In this document: positions 60,801 to 64,000 of the stretch, piece by piece
Layout of the letters: every line of letters starts with the position of its first letter
Numbering within the stretch: position 1 is the first letter of the stretch
Source: a virus
DNA length: 64,000 nucleotides
Virus record (IMG/VR): IMGVR_UViG_3300042553_000326
Span: 11,243 to 75,242 of that record
Reading direction: 5' to 3' (one strand)
The notes under the pieces: generated by a model
What the model was told of the DNA's origin: nothing
What the model saw: only the letters and a program-made list of their open reading frames with translations
Database searches by the model: none
Translations under genes and position numbers: made by a program

Positions 60801-63764
60801 TTTCTATTATCTGCTGAATGTCTAATACACCGAAGTCGACTCTGCTGATATCAGCGTGTATACATTCGAAGATTTGGTGTATCGGATTCTCAGAATACAT
60901 CTGTACAAATGTCTCTCTAACCTTCACATATAGGTCTGGCATGTCCGCTAACAAACAACCAAAGCTGTCATGGATTGTCGTTATAGGAAAGTCGCACGCT
61001 TCGATAGTAAGCATTAAGTGTGCTGCATCTAGACTATGAATGATATTTGGAGATGCACCTTGGGATTGTTTACGTTTTGATGGTTTAGTCTCCTCGATAA
61101 TACTGATGTTAACCTGGTATGTGTTTTCGAAATAGCCCGTGGATTGAATCTGACCTAATGGCGGACCATATTGAATCCACACCTTCTTTACTACACCTTC
61201 AATGTAATACTGCATTACTGGAAAGTTTGTCGCTGGAACGGTCCACTGAAGAAATCTACTCTCTTCTTCAGCTAGCTTTCCTGCCTCCTCAAAGATGGCC
61301 AACAGTTGCATTGGCCTCTTTAAGGCTGACTTACAAGTGTCAAACACCATACGACCCATGTAAGCTCCCCAACGATTCTCTAGGAAGTTTAATACAGCAA
61401 TACCGTGTTTTCTTGCATCTGATAGCTGCTGCTCACCGAGTCCATAGGCAGTTCCACCATAAGGGATTGTCATAACATTCAATGTGTTAATAATTACTCG
61501 CTAGGTAATCACTAATCTAATTTCGCGAATTCACCGTATCTATCCAAAGCTACCTCACAATATTTAGCATAAGCTACCTCCGGGTCGATAAAGAAGCCTA
61601 GAAACTTATTTTTCCCATCTATCTTTATTTGTGCTACCCATTTTTGCTTCTGCTTGTGCCATGAGACACCTTTAAATCCACTCTTATTATTCGCCTGTTT
61701 GCCTCTATTAAAATGATTTTGTTGAAATGTACATACACGTAGATTTTCCAGTTTGTTATTATACCTACAACCGTCTATATGATCTATAACAAGACCATCT
61801 GGAATCTTACCATTATGCATTTCCCATATCACTCTATGCGCGAATAAATATTTACCTTCAAAGTAGATACCAATGTATTCATCATCACGTAAGGACCCAG
61901 CTAAGTCTCCATCTTTCATCCATTTAGCTGGTGCCTTTAGCCAATATAGCTCACCGTCCCGATAACTGAAAAGATTATTATAATCCATTATTTCTCCGAA
62001 ATTAAATTACTGCATGTCACCATGCAGATCAGACTATATCATCATTGCCATTTAGACAATGGAGTGCGCTTCGAACAGGCTTCTGTTCTACTCCCTTGCG
62101 GGATAGTCGTTGCACCTTACGCTAACGCGTCTTGGCTCAGGATTGACTCAACGAGTTGTTCCCTGAATTCACACTCTTTTAAAAGCGCCATGTTAATAAC
62201 GCTTTGAAATCTTCCTTCGCTGCTTCGCGTCTGTGATACGACTCCAGAAGATGCAGCTAGACGTCATTTCCAATATATCCTTGTGAGCCTTCTTAAAGTC
62301 ATGCAATTCACCAACCATGTTGGCACGACGATCACTCTTCAAAGGTTCTTTAGATATGTTCTCCTTTATAATGAGCAACTCATCGATTACATCAGAACCT
62401 AGCTCATACAGGTCTCTCTGCAGTTTGTTGACATCTTGGTTAATCATTTCCCATACCTTCTCTGATACATACTTATAGAGATCACCGGGCATCTGGGATG
62501 GTGTTAGATTAACGTGTGGTGCTGTTGATTCATCGCGAGTTAATGCAGTTAGATGTTGTGAACCGTTTGTACTACCGTCTATATAAACCTCCATATGAGA
62601 TTCATAATCATATTCTCCAATAACATCTTTATGTAAATCATACACATTCATTTGCCATACTCTGAAGTTGTATAATTCACGGCATGCTGCAAGGAATTGC
62701 CACGGTTTATCTGCTTGCATCCAACCCTGATTTAACTTAGGGTTATCAGCATAAGCAAGGAATATTTCCTCATTATCTTCTGCCCACCGAATTCTATCTC
62801 TCAGTGGTATCTTATCAGTCTTGGCACCATCTTCCCTACCTGAATCACCAGCCCAATTATTTGCTATACTGATACACAACCATTCAAATCCACTCTTTCC
62901 AATGCATTTTGAATCGTCTCTGAGTAGAAGACCTTTAGCGAGATCACTCCCTTGCTCGTGGAAGTAAGCTGTGGCAGGGTAGATTCTACCTCTAAAGTCA
63001 CAGTAATAAAGATGGTAGAAAGTTTTTCCTATGAAGTTACTTGCTATGTCACCTACTGCTTTTGCTTCTCGAAGCTTACTAGCCTTTGCTTCGGGGTTCT
63101 GCATACACCAAATATCAGCGAAGGCATCCGTCTTATTACGTAAAGCCCATTGATACAAATTGAAGATGAACTCATTTACACGCCACCCAACATGTTGCTT
63201 CTTATTTAGCACACTAAATATTACAGGATGCTTCTCAGGATTCACCTTGTCAAGCAATTCCTGATTGTTGGTCTTTATGATTCGCATACCAGTCATATGT
63301 CTACTGGTTGTCCAATCAGAGTATGGCTCTATTGAAGGAAGCTTCTCCGTTTTAGCAGAGCTAAGTTTACTCCACATCTCAGATAGTGAATCCTCGTTAA
63401 GGATTTCTATAACATATACACCGTGGTTGTTAGTACCACGTTGATATGACAACTGTAATATAGATTCCTCCTCGAAGGAATATAGAATGAAGGCTCCAGT
63501 CTTAGCAGCAACTGCTGACTTTCTTGGCATGTTATATCGAGTCCTAATAGCATGACCGATACCACAAATCACTTCTGAGAATAAAGCTTTCTTCGTTGGA
63601 TTCGATTTCGTTGTCCTAGAATATAAGTAGATTGTTGATATCGCAATATCTATGTAGTCTTCTATGACTAGTTCTTTTAGATAGCGTATCGTATCTCTAT
63701 TAGATACTTCGGAGTTGAGTCGATTACGAATTGATTCTACGATTCTATTTTGTGTAGGTGTCAT
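60781..63764 (-). CDS. T7-family RNA polymerase, spliced (exon 1 63764-62199, exon 2 61479-60781; about 754 aa)
   Basis: DFRGRIY, QGSDLAKGLL, PWQFLA, motif A DGSTNGSQH, motif B rejoined as RKISKR|NVMTIPYG, SPNIIHSLDA, IHDSF, C-terminal YCFA. Confidence 0.93.
61480..62198 (-). mobile_element. Group I intron (719 nt) in the RNAP gene
   Basis: P1 AAGCGU/GCGCUU with a U-G pair at the splice site; P3 GAGUGUG/CGCACUC; core elements GAAUUCAGGGAA, AAUCCUGAGCCAAG, UGCAACGACUA, GAUAUAGUCU; terminal G at 61480; P10 pairing. Confidence 0.92.
61512..61988 (-). CDS. Intron-encoded HNH homing endonuclease with AP2-like C-terminus
   Basis: AHRVIW...IDHIDG.R.NN..ENLR; NKSGFKGVSW...KW.AQI...LG.F. Confidence 0.9.
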   Translation of the reverse strand: MDYNNLFSYRDGELYWLKAPAKWMKDGDLAGSLRDDEYIGIYFEGKYLFAHRVIWEMHNGKIPDGLVIDHIDGCRYNNKLENLRVCTFQQNHFNRGKQANNKSGFKGVSWHKQKQKWVAQIKIDGKNKFLGFFIDPEVAYAKYCEVALDRYGEFAKLD

Positions 63765-63905
63765 TCAATCCGACCAGAATATGAATTTAAGCACTGGAAT
63801 TAGAAATGAGAATAGTAGAGCTAATCCTATTGCATTCAGGATTAACACTAGCATCACTTTTATAAATGTCATTATTATGACAAATCCAGCTTCTTGTAGG
63901 CTCAT
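63765..63905 (-). CDS. Small membrane protein (probable start MSLQEAG)
   Basis: Hydrophobic 46-aa ORF abutting the RNAP start. Confidence 0.4.
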   Translation of the reverse strand: MSLQEAGFVIIMTFIKVMLVLILNAIGLALLFSFLIPVLKFIFWSD

Positions 63906-63923
63906 TGTTTTTATAGTTGTAAG

Positions 63924-63957
<34 letters not shown>

Positions 63958-64000
63958 ATTTATAAAAACAAAATGAACCCCCCACGCCCGCGGCCGGTTT

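Noticed and set aside
60781-63764. RNAP as a pseudogene or an N4-style two-subunit enzyme
   Set aside because: A full group I intron core and exact in-frame splice junctions explain the split.

Overview
A 64 kb segment of a lytic, long-tailed (siphovirus-type) dsDNA phage genome. Essentially all real genes are on the minus strand, and most + strand ORFs in the track are antisense shadows. Reading in the direction of transcription (right to left): (1) a T7-like replication/transcription block with an intron-split single-subunit RNA polymerase, gp2.5-like SSB, PolA, 5'-3' exonuclease, GIY-YIG nuclease, primase-helicase, class II RNR and ligase; (2) an accessory block with many small ORFs, a nucleotidyltransferase, DHH and HAD phosphatases, an HNH nuclease, 4 tRNAs and candidate structured ncRNAs; (3) a morphogenesis block from terminase to a tail fibre that runs off the left end. 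The standout feature is a 1544-aa gene at the minor-head-protein position that fuses an SPP1 gp7/Mu gpF head-morphogenesis domain to a second T7-family RNA polymerase retaining all catalytic motifs, i.e. a candidate capsid-tethered virion RNAP. The separate non-virion RNAP is interrupted inside motif B by a group I intron carrying an HNH endonuclease. Also present: a repeated candidate phage promoter, dispersed GC-rich cis-elements, long poly(T) tracts, a cassette-built tape measure protein with enzyme cargo, and a mosaic tail fibre. All calls come from motif reading only; no searches were run.
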